Part shown: piece by piece, positions 12,801 through 25,950 of the stretch | How the letters are laid out: each line of letters opens with the position of its first letter | How positions within the stretch are numbered: the first letter of the stretch is position 1 | Source: Lama glama | Taxonomy: Eukaryota | Assembly: GCA_028534125.1 (NCBI GenBank) | Contig: CM052816.1 | Span: forward strand, 15,998,001-16,062,000 | Direction of reading: 5' to 3' | Length of the DNA stretch: 64,000 bases | The notes under the pieces: generated by a model | Databases searched by the model: none | Told to the model about the DNA's origin: nothing | Seen by the model: only the letters and a program-made list of their open reading frames with translations | Program-made: the position numbers and the translations under genes

Positions 12801-13539
12801 GAACCCATACACTTGACATTCCCTTGTAACCACTGCCTCACCAAGACAATCAAGGTTACTGCAAACAAGCTTTCACATGTGATCAAGCCAGGGACACTCC
12901 TGTAAAAAGTGATGTGATCCCAGATGAGAACCGTCCTGAGTGATACACTTTTTTTGAGAGTGGGGAAGGTGGCCTCCCTCACTAAGCATTCATTCTGGCC
13001 AAGGCATACGTACGCAGACTGAACCAAATATGCTCCATATTCAAATGAGCAAGACCAGACTGTATTCAAGGGCCTAATGTCGTTTGTCACCAGCCAAACC
13101 CTTTCATTTGACACCTGCACACCAGGATAATGACTTTTACTTAGCACTTAAAGATACTTAAGAGCACTCTTGTGAAAATATCTACATTATGATCTAATAA
13201 ATGGTAATGAGCTAGTTGTTCTCTAAGATGACAAAGAATGGGGCTTTCAGGATCTGAGCAACTAACTCATGGTCAACAGTCAAAACTGATGAATTCCCAC
13301 TTACCTATGACACTGAGAATGCAGGGTAATTTTAGGTTAGATCTCAATTCTAACTCCTTTCCCCACAACTATTAACAGTCAAATCTTCTTTGCAAGGTCA
13401 AGGATGCTAGAAATGCTAACCAAAGTAGCCAGCAGCTAAAATGCAGCACTTTTAAGAGGTTTCAGGTATCACACTCTAGTTCTGAGATGAGTGGTGACAC
13501 TGGCAGATAAGACAAGTTTAAAACCAAAAGAAGCGGACG

Positions 13540-13545
13540 TTTATT
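13540..13545 (-). terminator. UBE2D2: Distal poly(A) signal AATAAA of UBE2D2
   Basis: tttatt on plus; followed on minus by U/GU-rich 'cttcttttggttttaaacttgtct'. Confidence 0.65.
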
Positions 13546-14292
13546 CCTCAATTTTTGTGCAAGAGTGTTAAGATGCATTTGAAAAAACCTGATAGCTAGA
13601 GAGCATCCGCCATGCCTTTCAGGCTGGCCTGGTTTACAGTTAGATTAGGAGAAGGAGGGAAAAAAAGGTAACTTGCCTAGTTCACACGACTGATGTTCTG
13701 GCAAACACAGTTGTTTACAAGTTTCAAACTACATTTTACTAGAGTCAAGGGAAGACTTCAAAAAGCCACATACAGTACAATTTAAAACTGGATGAACATC
13801 CTGCAATGTTAGTGCAAAGTAATTATGTAGACTCTCCAATACAAGATTGTGCTCATGTTTCCCGGATTTGGTCAATGTTGCTCTTTTACAATCACAATCA
13901 CAGAAGCTTAACTTACCAAATAGCAATCAATGCTTTTGTTTTTTGTCCTATGCACCAAAGGAATGTCACAAGGTTTTGGTGAAATGTAGCTTAGTTTCAA
14001 TAATAAAGCAAATTTCTTTTTAGTTTAACAGTCATGTTCCTGGAATATTGCACATATAAGTTTCATGGAAATGCTTTTAAGCTTATGCCTTTATCCTGTT
14101 CAGTAAAATTACTTTCAAGATATCCTTTTTGCTATGTAAAATGGAACTGTTTTGTGATTTTGAAATGCAACCACTATAAATGAAAACATTTCAGGGGTGG
14201 GGGAAATTTCACCATTAATCTCAGCTAGACAAAGTTCTTAAAATCAAAAAGCCTATTCACACAAAATTATATGTAATGACTGTAGTAATCAG

Positions 14293-14298
14293 TTTATT
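14293..14298 (-). terminator. UBE2D2: Proximal poly(A) signal AATAAA of UBE2D2
   Basis: tttatt on plus; on minus preceded by TGTA and followed ~25 nt later by GU-rich 'ttttgtgtg'. Confidence 0.65.
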
Positions 14299-15144
14299 AC
14301 ACAGATTAATCATTCTTGAACGTACAAGCTCCAGAGGAGCAACTGGGTCTTTAAATATACACAAGTATTTCCATCAAATGAATTTTCACCCTTACATCCA
14401 GATAGACCTAAGCAGTTAAAAACATAAGAAAAATAAGAGCTATCAGCTATGTATTAACTGAGAAACCACATACAAACCAAAGAATATGGAAGAGAGAAAG
14501 AGGGGCTGAAGGATGAAGGGTGGGGAGATGTAAAAGAGTTGGGAACAAAGCCCATCACACTTCACATACTAATAGCTCCAATCCATTTAAATGTTGACCA
14601 GTTAAACTTAGACCTTAAAATACAGGATGTGGGTAGAGTTTAATCTGGTTGGTCATAACTTTCACCTAAGACGTAGGTCCTTCGGAATAAAATGAATACA
14701 GAAACAGCTTCATGTTCTTTGCCTTGCTTTTCATAACTGTTTTGAGTTTAATAGGATTCCACTTAAAAAACAATCTCCTACAGGTCAGTGGAGCTTTACT
14801 TCCCCTTTCAAGCACACACCATACCCACCACCCCTCACCTTGCCGTTATCCAAATTTAAGTCAATACGGAAAGCTTTTAATCTCACACCTAGGTTATGCC
14901 TGGAGAACTGGCTTGTCACACACACACTTCTCTGCTAGGAGGCAATGTTGGTACAGAAGTACAGTATTTCTAGTTTGTTGTTCCAAGTATGTACAACACG
15001 CAGCACTGCTGTATCAGGTAAACATGTGCACGGGGGAAGATGAGGCGTGGGCTCATAGAAAGCAGTCAAATGGAAATCAAAAGGACTTTCTCTTTCAGAG
15101 TTCCCCTATCTTTATTTGTAGAGGTTATCCAATAATTTCTTTAA

Positions 15145-15190
15145 TTACATCGCATACTTCTGAGTCCATTCCCGAGCTATTCTGTTGTAC
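15145..15190 (-). CDS. UBE2D2: UBE2D2 coding exon 7 (K/YNRIAREWTQKYAM*)
   Basis: 46 nt ending in TAA; acceptor 'ctctttgtgtgtacag'. Confidence 0.97.
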
Positions 15191-16630
15191 CTGTACACAC
15201 AAAGAGAAGCTTGGCTTAACACAGGTGAGGAGTCAGTTAGAAAGCAACAGATTTCATTTATTATCCCATCTAGTAACTTGAGGGGAATAACTTATAGTAC
15301 ATTCAAGCTAAGCCATCTATGTACTTCAAATTTCTAATAAATGTTTATTCAATGATAGTGGAAAATGTCCTGTAACTGCTTCTAACAGAGGATTTCGATT
15401 AAATTTTAGCATTTGCTGGCATACCCTTTGCCTATACTTGATTGACAAATTTCTAAGACAAGATCTTCAACCCTTGATTTATTATTTGGAGTATAATAAA
15501 TACTATATAATTCTACATTAAAAGGTTCTTGAAATCATATAATAATGATTAAATTGACATAATACTTTCCCCTGTATCAATAAAACAAATAGTGCTGGCA
15601 GAACTTATTTTAACAATTTGGTTGCTAAAATGAATGGGTTTATTGCTCCAGAAGAACATTTCAGCAGTAAAATAAGTAGGGCTAAAGGCTCTCTTGTTCT
15701 TTGATTTAAAAATGTTCTGCTGAACATTACTACCACAATGACCTGGGGAAAAGCCTCTTAATTCTAGATATTGGACAAAATAGTTTCCTAATCAAAAAGA
15801 ATTGTGAATAAATTCACAAATAGAAAAAATCATGATCTAATTTTATTCTGAATTCAGCCAAAAATACATAGCTATAGATACTATTCAGACCTAAACACAG
15901 ACAAAACTAAACTAAGAACCAACTGCTGTTAGAATCTCCCATTCCCAGTGGAGCTCCATTAAAATATACTATCTATACACCTCTCTAATCCAATAATTCA
16001 AATAATTCTCTAATCCTTCATATTTTAACTTTAGAAAATTACTATCTCCCATCTGTTTTCTCCTATAATCTTACTGAATAATACACAAGACAAAAAAGAT
16101 TACAACATTTTCAGTTACTATCTCTTTTGATATCCTGACCACTCTTAAATAATTCACAATACAACTGTAAAATATGTAAATTATACCTCAAGTTTTGTTT
16201 TAAAGGAAATTTGGAGCTTTCATGCCTTGCTGTGTTTATTCACCTTCTTTTTTAGATTATTCCAAATGGTTGAAAAGTCAATTCCCTTTTCCTGTTTATT
16301 TACAAATACCTATCTAAGAAAAACAGGCTCTTGATGCACAATGTTTTGTATGTCAAAAGCCAAGCAGAAGACATAAAGCCATGGGAAAATACATTGGAGA
16401 AAAGTTTTTCTAGACAGTAGAAGTCATATGAAACAATTAGAGTTAAAATCATCTACTTGATATCATCTAGCAATACTTGATGCAAATACTCCTCTTTTCT
16501 GTCCCTGGGGGAGTATATTAGGACTTCATTTTAAGTATCTGGCCCATACTCAGCCCTTAGTTAAGAAAGAGCTGAAATACAAACATCTCCACCCTACCAC
16601 AGATACTCTTCTGTCTGGAGACAATACTTA

Positions 16631-16918
<288 letters not shown>

Positions 16919-18854
16919 CTAAGAAAGCTGGCCAAAGCTGGTGAAGTATCTTGCCCAATGCCCCTGGTTAGTAAGTGGAATTAGAAGGTCTTCCAAAATG
17001 GAACGGTCTTCTGAAGTTGAATCCAGGTTTTCCAAATTCTAGACCAATAACACTTTTTATTCCCCAAAGTTCAATTTTTAGATGCCCATGTTTAGAGATA
17101 AATGGCTTTCAGAATTCCAAAGACAACCACACTACTGAATGCTCTTATTCAGAAATGACAACTAAGAAATCTAACAATCACTGCTTTCTCAATGGCAGGT
17201 ACTATATTCAGATGTAATGAATTTGTTTTTTTAGTTGAAAACAATTTAGTCTAAGAACATAAAGGCCAGTACTTGCTTCCAAATGAGGGTGGCCACACAT
17301 ATTACAGAGGATATAATACATGTCTAACTAAAGTCTCAAATTACTGTCAATAACAATTTAGAATCTTATCTAAGCTATTTCTTCAGTGACAATCTGGAAT
17401 GTAGCAGACAAATCGCAACAGTACAATTTCCTCTGTTCAAATCTGTTAATTTATGTATTCCTTATTGAAAGCAAAGAGGAGGCCAAAGCCACTAATTACA
17501 TTAAGTCCAGTGGCCTCTGACATACTAAAATAAATTCCAATCTTTCTAGTCTGATGCTGACAGAACTCAGCTATCTTATTTCTAATATTCTGTAGCAAGA
17601 GACAACTGATTTTTCAACCTAAAATTTGACATACTACGAAATTAGTATTTGTTATAAATTCCCTTTTGCTTACTCTTACAACTATTTCAATAAGGCTAAA
17701 TTTAAAAAGATAAATTTTAAAGAAATAACTTTCATCATTTTCCTTCCAGGAAAGATACCATCCTACATGGTATCTGGCTGGACCTGGTAAAAGATTCTTA
17801 GTACACTATTTAGTTCCTTCACTTTGTAGAAAATTGATTTTGGCTTATAATGTATTATATACTGTCTTTCTCTATAAAGAGAATAACTTCTATTTCTACA
17901 GCTTACATAGACTTCACTGAAGTGACTCAATTTTCATACATATATATGTGTACATTCTTCATTAGTACATACCCATTTTCATTAGTGTCATAACCTGTGG
18001 TCACTTTGGATTCTAAAAACATATAATCAAGTGGTTTTATGGTACACTTACCTGCTTCCTTTAAGTTTTCTGTATATTTAGATCCCTTACCTATATGTAC
18101 TCAAAGTGGAGGGGATTTCAGTCCAAATTATTGCCCTCGAAAACAGACTACATCAAAGGGATAATTAACACACACAGAGGATTCAGGCCTTTCACAGAAC
18201 TGTTTGCCCATACATCAATTTACAAGAGTCTTTAAAACATTAAACCTAGGTATGTTGATACAACCAAATTTCAACAAAATGGCACTGCAGGTATCTTAAA
18301 AGATAGCTATCCAGATAGAATAAATAAATCAAATAAACTAACAGCTCGTATGATTTAGAATAACTGAAAAATGCACATCAGGCACAGAAGGGGAAGAAAA
18401 AAAAAGCTATAGTAACAATTTCACCTATTTAGATCTACCCCCTACCCCCCAACACAACGCACACACAGAGTCCCACCTCTCTTGGCCTCATTTATATCTA
18501 GATTTATACTTCCACTGCTACTTGGTGAAAGAAGAGCAACCAGGCCAGGAAATCACAACAGGCATATGAACACTTTCACAAGTAGCCCTTGATTTGCAAG
18601 GAGGCCTACAAGAAGAAAAAGGCCACTTATCTGTAAAACTATTTCAGTCACAATTTTTAAAAATGTAGTCCTCTGATTTTTGTTTGCATTTTGCCTCAGA
18701 GTTTAACTTCAGAGTTTTTCTCCTTCAAAAAATTTATATAGCACAAAAACCCAAAACCAAAACAAAATAAAATTAATTTGCAGGAGTATACAAGTCTTAT
18801 CATAGTAATAACTTGACAAATACCCAATACTTTTTACAGTAGTGACTTCATTCT

Positions 18855-19060
18855 AGTTATCTGGGTGCTTACAGGAAACAGTTAACTATGTGTTCTGCTT
18901 TTTAGTCTTCATAATAATGATGAAGTAGTTTTTATCATCCCTATCCTACAGATGAAAACAGAGGAATACAGAAGCTAATTTGTCTCAAGTCTCATTCAAT
19001 AAGAGAGCTGAGAACCTAATACAGGCAGTGGAATCCAGAATTTGTATTCTTTATTAAGAA
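18855..19060 (+). mobile_element. Degenerate MIR SINE
   Basis: 'tttatcatccctatcctacagatgaaaacagagg...aatttgtctcaagtc' resembles the MIR core. Confidence 0.5.
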
Positions 19061-20099
19061 ACTATTTTGTCTCCTGTATACATGTATATGTTAAAGAAAT
19101 AATAAAGTAGAAAATAAAAATATTTTTATACACCAATTTCACCACTCAAATACCCAAACTAGTTCTTCCTATCTATTTAACAAACTTTCTATACAACTCA
19201 AGTTATGGTGTATAACATTTTATCTCTTTTCTCCTTTTTTCAAACAATTTTCCACAATATTTGTAAGGATCAATATTCTTTTGAATGCATGTGCTAGAAC
19301 TTCTTCCTCTGTTGCACCAATATGTAATTTCTAGTTTTCAGAAATAATGCTGTCACAAATTCACTTGCACAAAAAGTTTCTTTTTAAAAAAAAAACATTT
19401 GGAACTGTTTTCTTGGCACAAATGAATGAAACTAGAAATTACTGGGTCAAAGGAGATGAATGATTAAGTCTCTTATCTTTTAATACATACTGACAGACTG
19501 GACTATACAAATACATACTTCTATCTGTAGTATACAAAAGCACTCATTTCAAAGTACTTCACTGACATTTTAGTTTTCTTTTTAAAAGATCTTTGTTAAT
19601 TAAAAAGGTAAAGAATAGGAACTTAAAGTTTTTTCACTTCCTTGATTATTTTGTTTCTTCTTGTCCATTCATATATTGGGATCTTGGTTTTTCCTCTCAA
19701 TAATTTATATATGTTCTTCGTATCTGTTAAATATACTAGCACATTATCATTTTTGCAGCTTGTTTCTTACGTTTGTATTCTGATAACATTTAACCTACTT
19801 GTAACTTCATTTGGGTATGATGTTGAGGAGATGGACAATTTCAAATCAACAAATAAGACAATGTTCAGTTTAGGGATGTAAAAAAAAAAATCTCCAACCT
19901 ATTCATATAATTAGGTCTTATTTAGAAGAACTACTGGATCTTTCATTACAAAGTTAGAAACTTTCTCTACAAATTTTCAAAAATGTATACACATAGGACG
20001 ATACATCAAAGATTAAAGATATCCAAATAAAAATTTATATTAAATTGATTATCTTGAGGATGAATTTGTTCCTGATAGAAAACTCTTCCCTGGTGACAA

Positions 20100-20253
20100 A
20101 GGGAACCATATTCAAAATCGTGTAATGGCATATAATGAAAAAGAATATGAAAAGGAATAAATACACACATACACACACACACATAAATGAATCACTATGC
20201 TATACACCAGAAATTAACACACTGTAAATCAACTATACTTCAATTTTTAAAAA
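20100..20253 (+). mobile_element. L1 3'-terminal fragment (cetartiodactyl/camelid type)
   Basis: 'gaaaaagaatatgaaaagg...gaatcactatgctatacaccagaaattaacac...aaatcaactatacttcaat' plus A-rich tail; homologous to the tails at 49320-49460 and 61920-62062. Confidence 0.85.
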
Positions 20254-20725
20254 AGGGTTACTGATTAAAAAAAAAGTGTTTAATATAAAAAAAGACAAAA
20301 AGAGCTGGTGAAACCTTAGAGTCTGAATATTCATTCTTCAAGAAACTAATGTCTATGTTTATAGCAGAAGCATTCCTCTAAAAAGATATTATTTCCTATT
20401 CTGAAACATTATATATTCCTTCCAATCATGGATCTCAAGGTTGGAAAAGACATTACTTGTCTTCTACTTTTTAATTATACTCTGAAAAAACATTCATATC
20501 AAGCAGTCATATTCCAACCTATGCTTCAAGAGCAAGCACAATGAGCAGAACAAGTCACAATACCAAGGAATATCTATGCTTGAAAATCCAACTCTCTCCA
20601 ATGGTTTTAAGGTCTATTCAAGAATAAGGGGGACTGCTACCTCCCCTTAAAAATAATATGAGTAATCTTTTCAAAAAAAAAAATCTTAAAAAGACAAAAA
20701 ACACAGTTGCTTTATTTTGATATCA

Positions 20726-20848
<123 letters not shown>

Positions 20849-20920
20849 CTATCAAAAAAGGAAAACTTTTTGTAAACTAGTTTATTAGTATTATAGAAAG
20901 CAGACAAAAAACAAGTGCTA

Positions 20921-21034
<114 letters not shown>

Positions 21035-21089
21035 TTAAAATGAGTGAATTACATAAACTATTTATTCTGTAATTAATCTGAATACTTAC

Positions 21090-21121
21090 TGGCCCCATTA
21101 TTGTAGCTTGCCAATGGAACA
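21090..21121 (-). CDS. UBE2D2: UBE2D2 coding exon 3 (MFHWQATIMGP)
   Basis: 32 nt; acceptor 'tgttctttttcag', donor 'gtaagt'. Confidence 0.97.
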
Positions 21122-21804
21122 CTGAAAAAGAACAAAAAATCGTCATGAAGCAATATCCATAGTGTACCTACACCATAATAACATATCATTTCATATCTAA
21201 TCTCAGTTCATTTATAAGCAGTATGATGAGTCTTGGGCAGGATAAGGAATCTGAATCAAGTTTGAGTCTGAACAGAAAAAACAAAAATGACTTAGCAAGG
21301 TACAGAACATTGATAAGGAGCTCAACAAAAGAAAGTATTTGGGCTAAAACATCTTGAAAATTCATGTCAGGGAGACAAAATTCTTGACAAGGTACAAAGT
21401 TCCACTTTTAAACATGCATTTCCTTACCTCAAAGGGTAAAAAAGAACCACAAGATTCAACACTTTAATTTCCCCAACACGTATATAATATACTCCTTTTA
21501 TAATATTGGTATAGAGCAAACCAGTAAACTCAAACTATATAATACTCAAATTAGGAAATACCAGTTTCTACACTGAGAAAAAATTTCCAAGAGTTCTCAT
21601 GTGTAGGTCTTTGGAATTACTGGTGTCTCAATAAATAAAACATCAGCAGAAAGCCCCAAGCTTGAATACAAACTCTAGGGATAATCTCAATAAATTATAA
21701 ACTTGTTTAATAAGGGAATCTCTTCAAAATGCAAAAAATGATGCTTGTTCCATTCTGAAGGTGGTGAAACTAAGTACAGCACAAAGATAAAAAAGCCAGT
21801 TTTC

Positions 21805-22890
21805 TTAAAAGCTTTTACACAGCTAAGGATATCAGCAACAAAACGAAAAGACAACCTATAGAATGCAAGAAAATATTTGCATATAAGGCAACCAACAAAG
21901 GACTAATTTTCAAAATATACAAATAGCTTACACAGCTTAATATCAACAAAATAAGCAACACTATAAAAAAATGGCAAGAAGACCTAAACAGACATTTCTC
22001 CAAAAAAGACGTCCAGATGGCCAACAAGCACATGAAAAAATGCTCAGCACCACTCATTGTTAGAGAAATGCAAATCAAAACTACAACAGGGTATCACCTC
22101 ACACCAATCAGACTGGCCATCAATAAAAAGCCCACAAACAATAAATGCTGGAAACGGTGTGGAGAAAACTGAACCCTCCTACATTGTTGGTGGGAATATA
22201 AATTAGTGAAGCCACTATGGAGGACAGTATGGAGATTCCTCAAAAAACCAAAAATAGACTTACCATATGATCCAGCAATCCCATTCCTGGGCATATATCC
22301 GGAGGAAAATACAATTAAAAAAGACATACATACCCCTCAATGTTCACAGCAGCACTATTTACAATGGCCAAGACAAGGAAACAATCCAAATATCCATCAA
22401 CAGATAACCGGATAAAGAAGATGTGGTATGTGTGTATGTGCATGTATATAAATAAAATGGAATGCTATTCAGCCATAAAAAAGAATAAAACAATGCCATT
22501 TGCAGCAACATGGATGGACCTGGAGACTGTCATTCTAAGTGAAGTAAGTCAGAAAGAGAAAAAAAAATATCATATGATATCACTTATATGTGGAATCCAA
22601 AAGATACCCGACACAAATGAACCTATCTACGAAACAGAAACAGACTCACAGACATAGAGAACAAACTTACAGTTATCGGGGGGGGGGGGGGGAAGGGGAG
22701 TGGGAAGGGATAAACTGGGAATTCAAAATCTCCACCTTTTGGGGAGTGATGGAAATATTAGCTATCCTTGATTGTGGTGGTGGTTTCACTGGAGTATATA
22801 TACATCTATCAAAATTCATCAAACTGTATCTGAAATATGTGTAGTTTACTGTATAGGAACCATACGATAACAAAGGTGTTAAAAAAAAAA
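21805..22890 (+). mobile_element. 5'-truncated L1 (ORF2 C-terminus + 3' UTR), decayed
   Basis: ORF2-like remnants ([57 protein letters not shown]), poly-G tract 22678-22692, A tail, TSD-like 'aaaaagccag(ag)ttttc' on both sides. Confidence 0.92.
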
Positions 22891-23008
22891 AGCCAGAGTT
22901 TTCACTTTTAAGCAAGCTACTTAGCACTTAACATTCACACCAGGATCTGGGCAAACTAAAAAGAAGTTGTCACTGGTATTATATGTGAGCAACCCAAACC
23001 AGCTGACT

Positions 23009-23228
23009 TTTTTTTTTTTTTCAAAAGAGGATGGCTCACTTGCAAGGTGAGCCTTCAGCTTGTTTTGTTTTGTTTTGTTTAAATTCTTTTTGTTTATTTT
23101 GTTTTTGGGAGGAAGAGGGAGGTAATTAAGTTTGTTTTTTTATTTTTTTAATGGAAGTACTGGGGATTGAACCCAGGACCTCATGCATGCTAGGCATATA
23201 CTCTACCACTAAGCTATACCCTCCTCCC
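23009..23228 (-). mobile_element. tRNA-Ala-derived camelid SINE (vic-1-like) with 3' extension
   Basis: tRNA head with A/B boxes, 'aaacttaattacctccc' body, A-rich tail; imperfect TSD aaaccagctgact/aaaccaacagact. Confidence 0.88.
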
Positions 23229-24744
23229 AAACCAACAGACTCCTGACACAGGGAGGAAATAAGAAGACTAAGGAGTCATGAAAATCTACTGGGTTATCAC
23301 TCCAAATCCATAAATTCCTTCTGACTGCCTCTATGTGAAACTGTCTAGTTTATGCCTCTTGTTAAAATGATCTAGAATGTACAATGCCAACAAAAGGCAA
23401 AGACAAAATTAAAACACATTGAGATTGATTTAATTAACAAGAGCCATTTGAAGACTTATCATGTAAATCTTAATTGTGTATTCTGCCACACAGCTTAAAT
23501 ATAAGACTGTCTATTGGAATCATTGACTTAGGTCTCCCTCTGGAACTCTCTTAGACGTCTAGATTTTTTAAGTGGAAATATTAAAAAAAAAAAAAAGAAA
23601 GGGGAAAAGAAGGTAGTCAGAGAATACCTCATTTGCCTCAAACTACAAGTGGTTTTGTAAATAGTTCAATCACTACAGGTTCCAAGTAGAACTAACTCCA
23701 GAAATACTAACTGGGTAAAATGTTTGGCCATAAGCGTAAAATACTGCTATAGTTTATATAAACATCTATTCTAAAAACCTTTCATTTAAGGATCAATCTT
23801 AGGAGCTATTAAAAATAAAAATTCATGGTACCAATTTAAAAGTCTTCATAGTACAAAAACAAAACTAAAAAGCTCCCACTAACCACTTTGCGTTTGACGC
23901 TCTCAAACCAAATTATACAAACCAAAAGCTACAATCTCTTTTGAGAGTTTAAATGTCAAGTTCACAGCCCAATGATTACTCTTTAGGATGAAGCTCTGAG
24001 GTTAAAAAGAATAATGAGAATATCTGTTATAGTTTGAGATTATACAAAGTTCTGTATACAGTTTGAGTCTTTCAAGAGAACTACATTTGAAATTCAAGTA
24101 CAGATCTCTTAAGAGTCACATTCAGCAAGTGTTCAAAATAAAAGAAAACCAAGCAGATTATATAACCAATAAATTTTCAGCTTACTTCTCCTTTCAGGAA
24201 GTACCCTTCTTCCTGCTTGCAACAACTTTGCGGAAAAGTGGGAAAAAATTAAATGGCACATTAAAATCTGCATATTTAAAAATAAAGCACAAGTCTCCCA
24301 CTTTATTCTTAAGCTAAATATCAATAACATGTAGTGCTGAAGATCTGAGAGCTAGGATAGTCAAAAGGAGCTCAGAAAGTTTCATTTTGGCCAACAGTTT
24401 CTCTCTTCCTCCTAAGATTAAATTTCATCTCCTTAAAACAAACGTAAGATGATGAAAGGGCATTTAGCTATCCAATTACACTGTTTTTTCCTAATGTAGT
24501 TCAAGGAGACAACAATTTTTGATGGTAATTCATCCTCAAATGTTCTCAAACACTAACACAAATTTTAAAGTATAACATCAGCAAACAGTATCTAGATGAC
24601 TAAATGTAAGGAAGTTATTCTGTCCCTAAGGAGTTTTTCCTTATTTTCTTTTAGAAGGTAGGTACTGTTGATAGTTTAGCAATGTGAGACAAGACACTGA
24701 AAGCTGAACTGGAAAGTACAGAGTTAAGGGAAGAGTTATTATTA

Positions 24745-25950
24745 TTATTTTAAACAACTTTATTGAGAGATAATCCAACATAACATGCAATTCATCCAAT
24801 GAAAACATAATTCAATGATGTTTTGTATATTCAGAGTTGGACAATCATCACCACAATCAATTTTAGAACATTTTCATCACTCCAAAAAGAAACACCATAT
24901 CCATTACACCCATTACATCCAATCTCCAGTCCTATGCAACCATTATCTATTTTCTGTCTCTATGGATTTGACTATTCTGGATAGTTCATCACAAATGGAA
25001 TCATACAATATGTGGTCTTTTGTATTTGGCTTCTCTCACTCAGTGTAATGTTTGTTTGTTTGTTTGTTTTTGGTTTTTGTGGGGGAGGTAATTAGGCTTA
25101 CTTATTTTTTTAATGGAGGTACTGGGGATTGAACCCAGGATCTCGTGCATGCTAAGCATGCACTCTGCCACTGAGCTATACCCTCTCCCTTCAGCGTAAT
25201 GTTTTTAAGGCTCATTTCTTGTTGTAGTATACATGAATATTTCATTCCTTTTTATTGCCAAATAATTTTCCAATGTATGGGTATACCACATTCTATTTAT
25301 CCCTTCATCAGTTGGTGGGCATTTGAGGTTGTTTTCACTTTTTGGCTATTATAAATAATGCTTCTATGAACATTGATGCGTGAGTTTTTGTATGGATATG
25401 TTTTCATTTCTCTTGGATATACACCTAGAACTGAACTCACTGACTCATATGGTAATTCTATGTTTAATTTTTGGGGGAACTGTCAGACTGTTTTCCAAAC
25501 TGGCTGTACCATCTTACATTCCTACCAGCAATATCTGCAGGTTCAAATTTCTCCACATCCTCATCAACACTTATTACTTGATTTTTTGATTCTAGACATT
25601 CTAGTAGGTGTAAAGTTGTATCTCATTATGGTTTTGATATGCATCTCCCTGATGACTAGTGATACTGAACATCTTTCCATGTGCTTATTGGTCATTTGCA
25701 TATCTTCTTTGGAGAAATGTCTATTCAGAGCCTTTGTTCATTTTTAAATTAGGTTATTTATCTTTATACTATTAAGATACAGTTTTTAAATATACTTTGG
25801 ATAAATATTCCTCATCAGATATATGGTTTGCAAAATTTTTCTCTCATTATGTGTGTGTCTTTTTACTTTCTTAATGCTATCATTTTCAGCACCTAAATTT
25901 TAAATTTTGATGAAGTCTAATTTACCTATTTTTTTTTTCTCTTACTGCTT
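24745..25950 (-). mobile_element. Old L1 (L1M-type) 3' region, interrupted by a SINE
   Basis: Antisense L1 ORF2-end/3' UTR motifs ('ttttaaacaactttattgagagataat', 'ggagaaatgtctattcag', 'aattttgatgaagtctaattt'). Confidence 0.88.
25054..25190 (-). mobile_element. tRNA-Ala-derived camelid SINE (vic-1-like)
   Basis: SINE head and body; TSD tcagtgtaatgttt (25040-25053) / tcagcgtaatgttt (25191-25204). Confidence 0.9.

Noticed and set aside
14712..15281. 189-aa plus-strand ORF
   Set aside because: Antisense to UBE2D2 exon 7 and 3' UTR, with no recognisable protein similarity.
21815..22927. L1 ORF2-like ORFs as an active retroelement
   Set aside because: Short, frameshifted, 5'-truncated; no ORF1, endonuclease or intact RT.
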